This document shows, one piece after another, positions 21,667-31,053 of a DNA stretch of 64,000 nucleotides. Numbering within the stretch: the first letter of the stretch is position 1; every line of letters begins with the position of its first letter. Source of the DNA: Planctomycetota bacterium (GTDB lineage: Bacteria > Planctomycetota > UBA1135 > UBA2386). The stretch covers positions 4,672,001 to 4,736,000 of the forward strand of contig OZ245006.1 of the NCBI GenBank assembly GCA_965223545.1. The letters are read 5' to 3'. The notes under the pieces were generated by a model. The model saw nothing but the letters and a program-made list of their open reading frames with translations, had not been told where the DNA came from and made no database searches. Made by a program: the position numbers and the translations under genes.

Positions 21667-22250
21667 AGCGTTCCCTTGGTGCTCGGCACCGCATCGCCGC
21701 TGGTGCGCGCGACGGCCGTGCGCAGCGCCAACGCGGTCGCTTTGAAGGCGGCTTCGGCGCGGTGGTGGTCGTTCTCGCCCCGCAGCAAGTCGACGTGCAG
21801 GGTGGAGCGTGCGGCAATCGCCAACGACTGCAACACGTGCCGCAGGTTCTCGCAGGCGATGCCGCCGAGGGCCTCGCGCGTCAAGCCGAGGTGGATCTCG
21901 TGGTGCGGGCGCCCGGACAAGTCGACGACGGCGCGCGCCAGTGACTCGTCGAGCGGCGCGTAGGCATGGCCGAAGCGCGCGATGCCGCGCCGTTCGCCGA
22001 GCGCCTCGTCGAGGGCCTGGCCGAGCGCCAGCGCGCAGTCCTCGGCGGTGTGGTGGTCATCGATCTGTAGGTCGCCGTCGCAGCGCAAGACGAGGTCGAA
22101 GCCGGCGTGGTGCGCGAGTGCGGTGAGCATGTGATCCAGGAAGCCGATGCCGGTCCGTACGTCGATTTGGCGGTGGCCGTCCAGGCACAGCTCGACGCGG
22201 ATTCGGGTCTCTTTGGTGTCGCGAGTGACGGTGGCAGAGCGGGGGGTCAT
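21663..22250 (-). CDS. hisB: Imidazoleglycerol-phosphate dehydratase (monofunctional)
   Basis: RDTKET, GIGFLDHML, DDHHTAED, NDHHRAEAAFKA, PSTKG; ATGA overlap with hisC. Confidence 0.96.
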   Translation of the reverse strand: MTPRSATVTRDTKETRIRVELCLDGHRQIDVRTGIGFLDHMLTALAHHAGFDLVLRCDGDLQIDDHHTAEDCALALGQALDEALGERRGIARFGHAYAPLDESLARAVVDLSGRPHHEIHLGLTREALGGIACENLRHVLQSLAIAARSTLHVDLLRGENDHHRAEAAFKATALALRTAVARTSGDAVPSTKGTL

Positions 22251-23992
22251 GGACACAGCTCCTCGATTTGGTCGACGTGGTCGAGCACGCGTGCGGCGCC
22301 GGCGCGCAGCAGGATTTCGCCGGCCTCACCATCGGCCGGTCCCTCGCCTGGTGCCAGCACTCCCAGCGGCACGACGCCTGCGGCGCGGGCAGCGCGCACG
22401 TCGTCCGGCGTGTCGCCGACCAACCATGCGTGCTCGACGTCGAGTGCGGCGAGCGCGGCGCGCACCGGCGCGGGATCCGGCTTTAGGGGCGCGTCCTCCA
22501 TGCAGATCACGGTGGCGAACACGTCCTCGAGCCCGTGATCGTGTAGGAATCGCTCGGCGTCGGCGCGCGGTCTGCCGGTGACGACCCCGAGGCGCGCGCG
22601 CCGCGCCAGCCGACGCAGACGGGCCGGATCCGGTAGCAGGGTCTCTTCGCGGTGCAGGCCCGGCTGATCTTCGTCGCCCTGGTAGAGCTTCTCGAACGCC
22701 TCGGTCACCTGGGCCAGCGTCGCGTCCCCGCCGGCGGCCGACACCAGCCGGTGGGTGAGCACCCAGTCGTTGTTGGCATCACCCGCCGCCTTGGCGGCGC
22801 GGATCGCCGCGGCGTCCACATCGACGCCGAAGTGCGCCGCCGTCTGCGTGATCGCTGCGCGGTACGAGCGCGACACATCCGCCAGCACGCCGTCCATGTC
22901 GAACAGCACGGCCTGCGGCCGGCACGTGGCGCGCAGTGCGTGGCCCAGCCGGGCGAATGCGGCGCCATCGCCCGGACAAGTGATGCGCACCGCGTCGGCG
23001 AGCGCATCGTCGCCGGGGAACACGCGCACCGCGATGCCGAGGCCGGCGAGGCCGTCGCGCAGCCATACCGGGTCGCCGGTGCGCGCCAGCGCGAAGTTGC
23101 CCTGACTGTCCGGGGTCTCCATGCCGAGATCGCGCAGCACCGCCTGCAATGCGCGGCGTTCGTCGCGCACCACGCCGACGTGATGGCGCGCGCGTTCTTC
23201 GCCGTCGCGCAGAGCGCGTTCGGCAAGGGCCAAGGACAGGCCGGACACCGAGAACGGTCCACCCGCCGCCCGCATCGGCCGCAGCAGGGCCGGCGGTCCG
23301 GCCCCGTAGCCGATCCGCAGGCCGGCGAGCCCCCACGCTTTGGAGACCGTGCGGACGACGATCGCGTTGGGCAGGGCCAGGGCGGCGGCGGTCAGATCGA
23401 CGTCGGCGTACTCGGTGTAGGCGAGGTCGACGATCAGCACGGCGTGCGGCGCCGCGGCCGACAAGGTCTGCAGATCGGCGGCGGTGGCGACGGCGCCGGT
23501 GGGGTTGTTCGGCGAGACCACCGTGACGATCGCGGTGTCAGCGCCGATGCGGGACAGCACCTCGTCCAGCGGATACGACCCGCCGGGCCAGTCGACGCGG
23601 TCGACTGCCGCGCCAGCCAGCGCGGCGTAGTGTGCGAACATCACGAACGTCGGCTCCGGCAGGACGATGCGACGTCCGGGCGCCAGGTAGGCGCGGCAGG
23701 CTCGGTCGATCACTTCGTCTCCGCCGGCCGCGACGAAGACCCGGTCCGGGGCGATGCCCATGCGCTCGGCCAGCGCCCTCTCGAGCACGGCGGGGCGCGG
23801 GTAGCTCCGCAACAAGCGCGGTGCGTCGGCGGCCAGGTCGGCGAACAATGCGGCGGGGGGGTGATCGCCCTCGTTGCCGGACAAGACCAGATCGACCGGC
23901 GCCAGGTGGCGCGGCGGCGCGTAGGCGTGGAGTCCGGCGAGCGACGGCACCGGCTGCGGGCTGCCGGCGGCGGGCGGTCGCGGCGCGGTCAT
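22247..23992 (-). CDS. hisC: Histidinol-phosphate aminotransferase fused to C-terminal HAD phosphatase (TIGR01548-like)
   Basis: SPNNPTG, DLAYTEY, RTVSKAWGLAGLRIG; then FDMDGVLADVSRSY, NNDW, VTGRP, KPDP, GDTPDD. Confidence 0.9.
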   Translation of the reverse strand: MTAPRPPAAGSPQPVPSLAGLHAYAPPRHLAPVDLVLSGNEGDHPPAALFADLAADAPRLLRSYPRPAVLERALAERMGIAPDRVFVAAGGDEVIDRACRAYLAPGRRIVLPEPTFVMFAHYAALAGAAVDRVDWPGGSYPLDEVLSRIGADTAIVTVVSPNNPTGAVATAADLQTLSAAAPHAVLIVDLAYTEYADVDLTAAALALPNAIVVRTVSKAWGLAGLRIGYGAGPPALLRPMRAAGGPFSVSGLSLALAERALRDGEERARHHVGVVRDERRALQAVLRDLGMETPDSQGNFALARTGDPVWLRDGLAGLGIAVRVFPGDDALADAVRITCPGDGAAFARLGHALRATCRPQAVLFDMDGVLADVSRSYRAAITQTAAHFGVDVDAAAIRAAKAAGDANNDWVLTHRLVSAAGGDATLAQVTEAFEKLYQGDEDQPGLHREETLLPDPARLRRLARRARLGVVTGRPRADAERFLHDHGLEDVFATVICMEDAPLKPDPAPVRAALAALDVEHAWLVGDTPDDVRAARAAGVVPLGVLAPGEGPADGEAGEILLRAGAARVLDHVDQIEELCP

Positions 23993-24858
23993 GGCACGAT
24001 CTGCCCGAGCTTGCTGACCACGATGTCGGTGCCGCCATGGTTCTTGATGGCGAGGATCAACTGCGGCAGCTCCGCGCGCGGCACGGCTGCCTTGACCGCG
24101 AAGCCGTTCTCGCCGTGCAGCCGCGCGATGGTCGGTTCGCGCATGCAGGGCAGCACGGCGACCAGGCGCTCGAGGTTCTCCGGTGTGACGTTGACCTCGA
24201 GCATGACGCGCTTGCGCGCTTCGAGCACCGAACGCAGCAGCGTGGCCAGGTCCTCGATGCGCGCGCGGCGGTCCGGGTTGGCGAACGCTTTGCGACTGGC
24301 GTAGAGCCGGGTCGAAGAGCGCATCACCTCGTCGACGATCACCAGGCCGTTGGCCGCCAGCGTGGCGCCGGTGGCGGTGTTGTCCACGATCAGATCGGCG
24401 TCTTCCGGAGGGAACACCTCGGTGGCGCCGCGCGAGCGCACGAACCGATACGGCTGACCGCGCTGTTCGAGCCAGTCCACGGTGAGCTTCTCGTACTCCG
24501 AGACCACGACCAGCTCACCGTCCGGCAAGGCGCCGTCGCGCAGCAGCTCGCGCGGCGCGGCCGCCACCAGGCGCACGGGGTCGAGACCGGTGTCCAGCAC
24601 CTCGACGAGATCGGCGTCCAGCTCGCGGACCCAGTCCGCGCCGGCCAGGCCGACGTCGCGCGAGCCGGCGTGTAGCATCTCGATGATGTTGTGCGGCTTG
24701 AGGATCTTGACCTCGAAGCCGGGCACCGACAGCGTGGGGCGATAGCTGCGCGCGCCGGTGTGCATGTCGATTCCGGCCTCCGCCAGCAGGGCGGTGACCT
24801 TGGATTCCATTCGGCCCTTGGGAAGGGCGAGACGGATCGGCGTGGGCGACGCGCTCAT
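23989..24858 (-). CDS. hisG: ATP phosphoribosyltransferase, long form
   Basis: IRLALPKGRM, GATE, DLIVDNTATGATL, C-terminal regulatory domain (PTI). Confidence 0.95.
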   Translation of the reverse strand: MSASPTPIRLALPKGRMESKVTALLAEAGIDMHTGARSYRPTLSVPGFEVKILKPHNIIEMLHAGSRDVGLAGADWVRELDADLVEVLDTGLDPVRLVAAAPRELLRDGALPDGELVVVSEYEKLTVDWLEQRGQPYRFVRSRGATEVFPPEDADLIVDNTATGATLAANGLVIVDEVMRSSTRLYASRKAFANPDRRARIEDLATLLRSVLEARKRVMLEVNVTPENLERLVAVLPCMREPTIARLHGENGFAVKAAVPRAELPQLILAIKNHGGTDIVVSKLGQIVP

Positions 24859-24884
24859 GAGTAGGGTCGAGACAAGGGGCAGTT

Positions 24885-24916
24885 AAGTGAAACACGCCGG
24901 CGGGTGGGCCGGCGTG
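24885..24916 (-). terminator. Attenuator terminator upstream of hisG
   Basis: Minus strand CACGCCGGC-CCACCC-GCCGGCGTG followed by TTTCACTT. Confidence 0.75.
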
Positions 24917-24948
24917 CGGGGCAGCGAGAATGGGCAGTGCGCTCGCGC

Positions 24949-25014
24949 TCAGCAGGCCGGATCGGGAGGCCAATGCCGGCGATGATGGCGGTGCGATCGG
25001 GGCTGCAGGGTCAT
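24949..25014 (-). CDS. hisL: his operon leader peptide MTLQPRSHRHHRRHWPPDPAC
   Basis: Four His codons in seven, directly upstream of alternative hairpins and the terminator before hisG. Confidence 0.75.
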   Translation of the reverse strand: MTLQPRSHRHHRRHWPPDPAC

Positions 25015-25088
25015 GCGAGGCGCGACGGTAACGCGCGCTGCGGGCAATGCAATCCCCGCGGCGCGGCACCGGAACCGTCGGCCCGGGA

Positions 25089-27782
25089 TCAACGCTGTTG
25101 GGCGCGCCGCCGGTTTTCCGGCGCGCCGGTGCCCCATCGGGGTTCGATCAGCTGCCCCTCCCAGTCGGCGATGGCGGCGGTCAGTGCGGCGACCCGATCG
25201 GGGTGTGCACGCGCGAGATCCTCGACTTCGGCGGGATCGCGCCCGAGGTCGAACAGCTGCGGCGCGCCACCGTCGCCGCGATCGGGGACGTACAGCTTCC
25301 AGGCGCCGCGGCGGACGGCGACCGGCCCGGTGGAGCCGAGGTGGCGCCAGAACAGGTGGCGCTCGGGCAGCGTCCCGACCTCGCCCCGCAGGTGCGGCCC
25401 GAGGTCGATGCCGTCGAGCTGCCACTCCGGATCGACCGTGCCGCCGGCCGCGGCGACGAAGGTCGGCAGCAGATCGCGCGCCACCGCCGGGTCGTCGATG
25501 ACCGTGCCTGGCTCGATCACACCGGGCCAGCGAATACAGCAGGGCACGCGCGTGCCGCCTTCCCACAGGGTGCCCTTGGCGCCGCGCAAGGGCGTGTTGA
25601 TCGCGCCGGTCTTGGTCTGCCCCCCGTTGTCGTTGGTGAACACGACGAGCGTGCGCTCTTCGACGCCGGCGCGGCGCAAGGCATCCAACACGGTGCCGAC
25701 CGCGTCGTCCATGGCAACGACCAGCCCGGCGTACTTGCGTCGGCGCATCGGCTCGATCGCCGCCAGCGCTGCCAAGTCCTCGGGTTTGGCCTGCAGCGGC
25801 CCGTGCGGCGCGGTGAACGACACGAACAGGAAGAATGGCTCGTCGGCGTGTTCTTCGATGAAGCGTGCTGCCGCCGCCGCCAGTCGATCGGTCAGGTAGC
25901 CCTCTTCGGCGGTCGGGTCGCGGTCGTCCAGGATGACGCGGTGTGGCGTCGGCTCGTCATAGGGCCAGTAGCTGCGCGAACCCTGCAGACAGCCGTAGAA
26001 CCAGTCGAAGCCGCGCGCGTTGGGGTGGTACCCGTCCGGGTAGCCGAGGTGCCATTTGCCGACGCAGGCCGTGGCGTAGCCGAGTGCGCGCATCCGGTCA
26101 GCGATGGTGGCCTCGTCGAGCGGCAACCCACCGTCTCGGTAGCCCGGTGGGATGTTGCACTCGTGGCCGAAGCGCTGCTGGTAGCGACCGGTAACGAGGC
26201 CGGCGCGCGACGGCGAACACACCGGTGCAGACATGTAGAAGTCGGTCAGCCGCGCGCCGCCCGTGGCGATCGTGTCGATGTGCGGAGTCAGGCCGGCCAT
26301 CGCCGCGTCGGTGTGTTCCTGAAAGCCGAAGTCGGCGTAGCCCGCGTCGTCCGCCAGCAGCAGCACGACGTTCGGTGGCTTGCGTTCGGGCTGGCTCTCC
26401 TCGCCGATGCAGACCACGTGGCCGCGGGTGCGGAACAGGAGCGTGCCCTCGGCGATCGCCGGGGTCGCCATGCAGATCTCGTTCAAGGTCCCACGCGCGG
26501 CGAGCTCGAACTTGGCCGCCGCGGCGACGACGAACACCTCGCCCTCTTCGTTGGTGAAGTAGACCGCCCCGTCGCCGGCGACGGGCGAGGCGCTCATCCC
26601 GGCCGACCCGTCGCCGAGTCGTTCGCGGTAGAGCTCCTCGCCGGTCTTCGCGTCGAAGGCGGCGACGACGCCGTTGTCCTGGCCGAACCAGGCGATGTCG
26701 CGATAGACGATCGGCGTCTGCATGTAGGTGCCCCGCCGCGACACGGTCCAAGCGACGTGCTCGCCGGGTTGTTCCGCAGTCGGTACGCCGAGGTCGCCGG
26801 CGGCATCTGCGCGCACCGCGAAGATCGGCTTGAGCGGATGGTTGCGCTGCAGCGGCCGGTGATTGCTGGTGAGGTAGACCAACCCCTCGGCGAGGACCGG
26901 AGTCGGCACCGGGATGCCGCCGCCGCCCGCCATGCGCCACACCTCGGCACCGTCGGTGAGCCGGTACGCGCCCATGTGCTTGCATCCGTTGACGACGATG
27001 AGTGCGTCGCTTCCGGCACGGATCGCGGTCGGCGTCGCCCAGCCGGGCACGTCGTCGCGCGCGACGCGCCAGCGCTCGGCCCCGGTCTGCAGATCGAACG
27101 CAGCGAGGAACGGCGCCTGCTTGACGTCGGCCTGCACGATGACCAGTCCGCCGGCGATGATCGGTGAGCTGGCGAAGCCCCAGTGCAGGTCCATCGAGTC
27201 GTGCGGACCGACGTCGAGCGCGCCGAGGTCGGTGTTCCACAGCAGCTCGCCTTCGACCGAGTAGCAATACAGGCCGCCGGTGGCGAACAGAGCGCACACG
27301 CGTTCTCCATCGGTGACGGGGGTCGAGTTGGCGTGCGTCGCCTTGGTGTGCCGTGCGAACGCGGGTTGCCCGCGGACCGCGGTCCGCCGCCATTCGATCG
27401 CACCGGTCCGGCGGTTCAGGCAGAACAGGGCGAACTCGTGTTCGACCATGTCGTCCGCCGAGTCACCGGCACCGTAGAGGCCGATCTTCAGCTCGGGGTC
27501 GTGGTCGGTGGCGATGGCAGAGACGACGAACACGCGGTTGCCGGCGACCACCGGTGAGGCGTGCGACAAACCCGGGATCGGTGTGCGCCAGCGCACGTTC
27601 TCGTTCTTACCGACATCGAAGTTGCGCGGCAGACGATGGCCGTCGCCGATCCCGCTGGCCTGCGCGCCGCGGAACTGCGGCCACTCCTGCGCGGCTACCG
27701 GCGTTTGGCCTGTTGTCAGGAGCAGGGTCGTGGCGCACGCCAACAGCGCGTGGCGTGGATTCCGGCGGAATGGAATGGGCAT
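25089..27782 (-). CDS. Secreted PQQ-like beta-propeller + sulfatase fusion
   Basis: Signal peptide, EWPQFRG and repeated SSP/W blade motifs; then PNVVLLLADDAG, CSPSRAGLVTGR, GKWHLG. Confidence 0.88.
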   Translation of the reverse strand: MPIPFRRNPRHALLACATTLLLTTGQTPVAAQEWPQFRGAQASGIGDGHRLPRNFDVGKNENVRWRTPIPGLSHASPVVAGNRVFVVSAIATDHDPELKIGLYGAGDSADDMVEHEFALFCLNRRTGAIEWRRTAVRGQPAFARHTKATHANSTPVTDGERVCALFATGGLYCYSVEGELLWNTDLGALDVGPHDSMDLHWGFASSPIIAGGLVIVQADVKQAPFLAAFDLQTGAERWRVARDDVPGWATPTAIRAGSDALIVVNGCKHMGAYRLTDGAEVWRMAGGGGIPVPTPVLAEGLVYLTSNHRPLQRNHPLKPIFAVRADAAGDLGVPTAEQPGEHVAWTVSRRGTYMQTPIVYRDIAWFGQDNGVVAAFDAKTGEELYRERLGDGSAGMSASPVAGDGAVYFTNEEGEVFVVAAAAKFELAARGTLNEICMATPAIAEGTLLFRTRGHVVCIGEESQPERKPPNVVLLLADDAGYADFGFQEHTDAAMAGLTPHIDTIATGGARLTDFYMSAPVCSPSRAGLVTGRYQQRFGHECNIPPGYRDGGLPLDEATIADRMRALGYATACVGKWHLGYPDGYHPNARGFDWFYGCLQGSRSYWPYDEPTPHRVILDDRDPTAEEGYLTDRLAAAAARFIEEHADEPFFLFVSFTAPHGPLQAKPEDLAALAAIEPMRRRKYAGLVVAMDDAVGTVLDALRRAGVEERTLVVFTNDNGGQTKTGAINTPLRGAKGTLWEGGTRVPCCIRWPGVIEPGTVIDDPAVARDLLPTFVAAAGGTVDPEWQLDGIDLGPHLRGEVGTLPERHLFWRHLGSTGPVAVRRGAWKLYVPDRGDGGAPQLFDLGRDPAEVEDLARAHPDRVAALTAAIADWEGQLIEPRWGTGAPENRRRAQQR

Positions 27783-27944
27783 CGATGGCTTCTTGGGGAC
27801 GGCGACGACAAGCATCATAGAAGCGGCCGAGCCGGGAAGGATTCCTGCGTGATCAGGTGGCGTCCAGGCTACGAGAACAGTGTGGTTTCTCGCCCTGCCG
27901 ATCGATGCGCGTCCCGCGCCGCATCGCAGAGTCGATTGCGTGCC

Positions 27945-28715
27945 GTGATCGAGCGGAGTGCTCGACCCTGGACCGAGGCGGAGCTGTGCGCGCCCGCGCT
28001 GGTGGTCGCGCCGCATCCGGACGACGAGACCCTGGGTTGTGGAGCGACCATTGCCGCCAAGCGTCGCGCCGGAGCGCCGCTGGAGATCGTCTTCCTCACC
28101 GACGGCACTGCTTCGCACCGCCGTTTCATACCGGCTCCCGAGCTGCGCGCGCTGCGCCGCGACGAAGCGCTGGCGGCGGCAGGAGTGCTCGGGGTCGACC
28201 CCGCGGCGGTGCACTTCTTCGATTTTCCGGACGGTCAGTTGGCGCGGCATCGGCGCGCTGCCGCCGACCGGTTGCGAGCGTTCCTGGTCGAGCGCCGGGT
28301 GCAGCAACTGTTCGTGCCGTTGCGCCGCGATTGGCCCGGGGATCACGATATGGCCAACCGGATCTTCCGCGATGCTTCGGCCGGCATGGCCCTGTCGTGT
28401 GATGTGTTCGAGTATCCGGTGTGGTTCTGGATGCGCTGGCCTTGGGTGCCCAAGACCTCGCGTGGCATGCGCCGGTGGCTGGCCAAGACGCGGGACCACG
28501 CCCTGTGGCGCAGCGCGCTCCGGTACCGGTTGCGGGCCTACCTGGCGGACCGCGCGGCGTACGGCGCGAAGCGGGAGGCACTCCGCCAGCACCGGACGCA
28601 GATGGAGCGGCGCGGCAACGAGCCGAGTTGGCGCACGCTCGCCGACATGGGCGAAGGCGAGTTCTTGCCCGCGATCACCCAAGAGCTCGAGCTGTTCGGC
28701 CACTGGCGGTCCTGA
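27945..28715 (+). CDS. PIG-L/LmbE-family deacetylase
   Basis: VVAPHPDDETLGCG, LTDG, RRDEA, FPDG, DH, K..AL..H.TQ. Start uncertain. Confidence 0.88.
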   Translation: MIERSARPWTEAELCAPALVVAPHPDDETLGCGATIAAKRRAGAPLEIVFLTDGTASHRRFIPAPELRALRRDEALAAAGVLGVDPAAVHFFDFPDGQLARHRRAAADRLRAFLVERRVQQLFVPLRRDWPGDHDMANRIFRDASAGMALSCDVFEYPVWFWMRWPWVPKTSRGMRRWLAKTRDHALWRSALRYRLRAYLADRAAYGAKREALRQHRTQMERRGNEPSWRTLADMGEGEFLPAITQELELFGHWRS

Positions 28716-28724
28716 GGCATGTCG

Positions 28725-29840
28725 TCAGACCCACTCGAACCACTGTGCGGCGACCGACTTGAGTCGTAGGTCGCCGCCGTGGTCGCTGCGCCGGAGTGCC
28801 TCGATGAGCTTGATGCCGTGCACCGAACCGGCCCGCGCGGCGCGCTCGGCGAGGACTGGCCACGATGCGGTGGAGGCGCGGACGTGGGCGCCCGGCGTGA
28901 AGGGAACACCGTACGCGGCGAAGGTCGCGACCACCGCTTGGCGCGCGTAGGCGATCAGTCGCGCGCCACTGTTCCGGTCCAGCTCGGGCAGCAGCAGGCC
29001 CGCGGCGGCCGGGCCGGTGACCGTGTGCAGGAGCCAAATGCGATTGCGCTCGGCAACCAGCATCTCCAGGAACCCTGTGGCGGCGGCACGCACGACCACG
29101 TTGAGCTCCGCCGCCGGGTCGCGATCGGTTTGGGCAGCGGCAGCGATCGTCGCCAACGGCACGGTGGTGAGCCGGTCCATCGCGTGGTGGAAGTCGACGT
29201 CCTCGGGGTCGTCGCGCCACGGCGATTGCAACGTGGCCAGAACCGTGACCAGGTCTCGGTCGTCCCGAGGTCGTGCCGGCGCGGGAAGCTCGGCGTAGCG
29301 GGCGGCCCAGTAGGCCAGGCCGATGGCGAGCTCGTGCCGGCGCGGAGCACTGTCTCGATGGCGCAGGGCGCGCACCGCGTGCGCGGTGCGCAGCACGCCG
29401 TGGAACATCGCCGCGGCCAATGCCGGTGCCAGGCGCGGCACCCACCGGCGCACCGTCGACCGCCACGACGACCGCTCGATCTCCGCCGTGAAGAAGTCCC
29501 GCCAGTCGCCGAACCGGTCGTAGTGGCCGAGTGCGTCCAGCGGCGCGGTCAATCGTCCATGCCGCGGAATCGAGCCCGGGTAGAGGGCAGCACCCGTGTG
29601 CCACGGTTCGGCGATGAAGGCCTCGTGGCCCATGGCTTCCAGGGCTTCGGCGGCCATCGTGTAGTGGTTGGTCCCGCCGGCGTTCTCCGGCATGACTTCC
29701 GCGTGAGCGGCCAACAGGCGGTCGAGCCGATCGGGATCGGGGTGCTCGGAATCCTGCTGTGGCGCGCCGCTGTTGGTCGTCTGGCAGCCCGTCAACAGCG
29801 CGCCGCCGGTGGCCAAGAAGTGACGGCGATCGATCTGCAC
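28725..29840 (-). CDS. Questin oxidase-like (DUF4243) protein with Tat-lipoprotein signal
   Basis: IDRRHFL...LLTGC; NHYTMAAEAL, FHGVLRTAHA, LLHTVTG, HGIKL. Confidence 0.72.
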   Translation of the reverse strand: MQIDRRHFLATGGALLTGCQTTNSGAPQQDSEHPDPDRLDRLLAAHAEVMPENAGGTNHYTMAAEALEAMGHEAFIAEPWHTGAALYPGSIPRHGRLTAPLDALGHYDRFGDWRDFFTAEIERSSWRSTVRRWVPRLAPALAAAMFHGVLRTAHAVRALRHRDSAPRRHELAIGLAYWAARYAELPAPARPRDDRDLVTVLATLQSPWRDDPEDVDFHHAMDRLTTVPLATIAAAAQTDRDPAAELNVVVRAAATGFLEMLVAERNRIWLLHTVTGPAAAGLLLPELDRNSGARLIAYARQAVVATFAAYGVPFTPGAHVRASTASWPVLAERAARAGSVHGIKLIEALRRSDHGGDLRLKSVAAQWFEWV

Positions 29841-29910
29841 GCGCCCAATCCTACGGCAGCGCGCCGCCGGCAAACATTCGCGACCTCGCGGTGCGCACCG
29901 CTGTGGCATC

Positions 29911-30900
29911 ATGACCGGTGCGATGGCAACGACAGCAGCGATGGGTAGCCGTGCGCGGAGTGGCGTCGTGGCGTTGGCAGCGACCGCGCTCGGGGTCGCC
30001 GCCGTGGCGCAAGAGCCGGCAGTCGAGCCTGCGCAAGAAGGCGCGCAGAACGCGCTGCCGACGGGTTGGCGGTGGGAGTTCGAGCCACGCGCACTCTCGC
30101 GTCCGCTGACCGAGCGCCCCTTCGATCGGCTGACGCGGTTCGGCGCGTTCACCGCGGCCATGCTGCATGGCGGCCGGCAGCGCGTGCGCATGGTGCAGAC
30201 GGTCGGTCTCGAGCTCGAGGGTGCCCGTGCGCTCGAGTTTCGCGTGGTCGCGCAAGCCGAGGACGGCGCGCCGCTGCGGGCGGTGCAGCGCTCGACGATG
30301 GCCAATCCGTTCGCGCGGGTCATCGACTTCGCCGTGCTCACCGAGGATCCGGACGACGTCGCGAGCATCGGTTTGGCCGTGCTCGACTTCGACGGTCGCG
30401 TCGCGGCCTCGGCGTCCGCAGCGGAAGCGGCGCGGGCGGCCGGAGCGCGCGTGCTGCCGCTGCCGGTGATCGGCCAGGCCTACGACTTCGCCCTGCCGAC
30501 GCTGGCCGGTGGCCAGTTCACCGCCAGCGAGTGGCGCGACAAGGTGTTGATGATCGACGCTTGGGCGACCTGGTGAGGCCCGTGCATGGCGAAGATGCCG
30601 GAGCTGGTCGAGCTCCGCGCGAAGTTGGGAGACCGCCTGGTCGTGCTCGGGATCAACTTCGACGACGACGTCGAGGTGGCGCGCGCCGCGATCGCGGAGC
30701 ACGGCCTGAACTGGCCGCAAGTGCACGCGCCGACCGCAGCCGCCGGGGGTGAGTTCTGGGAGCGGGTCACCGGGATCCGGGGCCTGCCGCGCGTCTTCAT
30801 CGTCGACGGGGCGGGAGTGCTGCGCGCCGACGTCTACCCGCACGATCTCGCGGCCGCGGTCGAGCCGTTCTTGCCATCAGGCGCCGCCGATAGGCGCTGA
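29911..30900 (+). CDS. Exported TlpA/thioredoxin-like selenoprotein (UGPC motif; Sec at TGA 30574-30576)
   Basis: ORFs 29911-30576 and 30586-30900 are in the same frame and join as IDAWATW-U-GPCMAKMPEL...GINFD...GLPRVFIVD. SECIS-like hairpin downstream of the TGA. Confidence 0.88.
30599..30617 (+). promoter_or_regulatory. Candidate bacterial SECIS element
   Basis: CGGAGCT-GGTCG-AGCTCCG; G-starting loop 29 nt after the UGA. Confidence 0.7.
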
Positions 30901-30972
30901 AGGCCCGACTGGCCTGAATCGCACCACTACCGGGCGGAAGGCTGCGGAACTTCGCCCGAGACGCTCCGGAAG

Positions 30973-30988
30973 TGCAAAATTCCTTGCA
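30973..30988. promoter_or_regulatory. Putative BlaI-family operator 1
   Basis: TGCA-AAATTCCT-TGCA in an AT-rich patch upstream of the DUF2911 gene. Confidence 0.55.
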
Positions 30989-31025
30989 CACAATGGTGGT
31001 CGGCGTCCGTTCCATGTGCGCAAAC

Positions 31026-31041
31026 TGCACAAATTCTTACA
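31026..31041. promoter_or_regulatory. Putative BlaI-family operator 2
   Basis: TGCA-CAAATTCT-TACA, 12 nt before ATG 31054. Confidence 0.55.
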
Positions 31042-31053
31042 GACAAGATCGCG

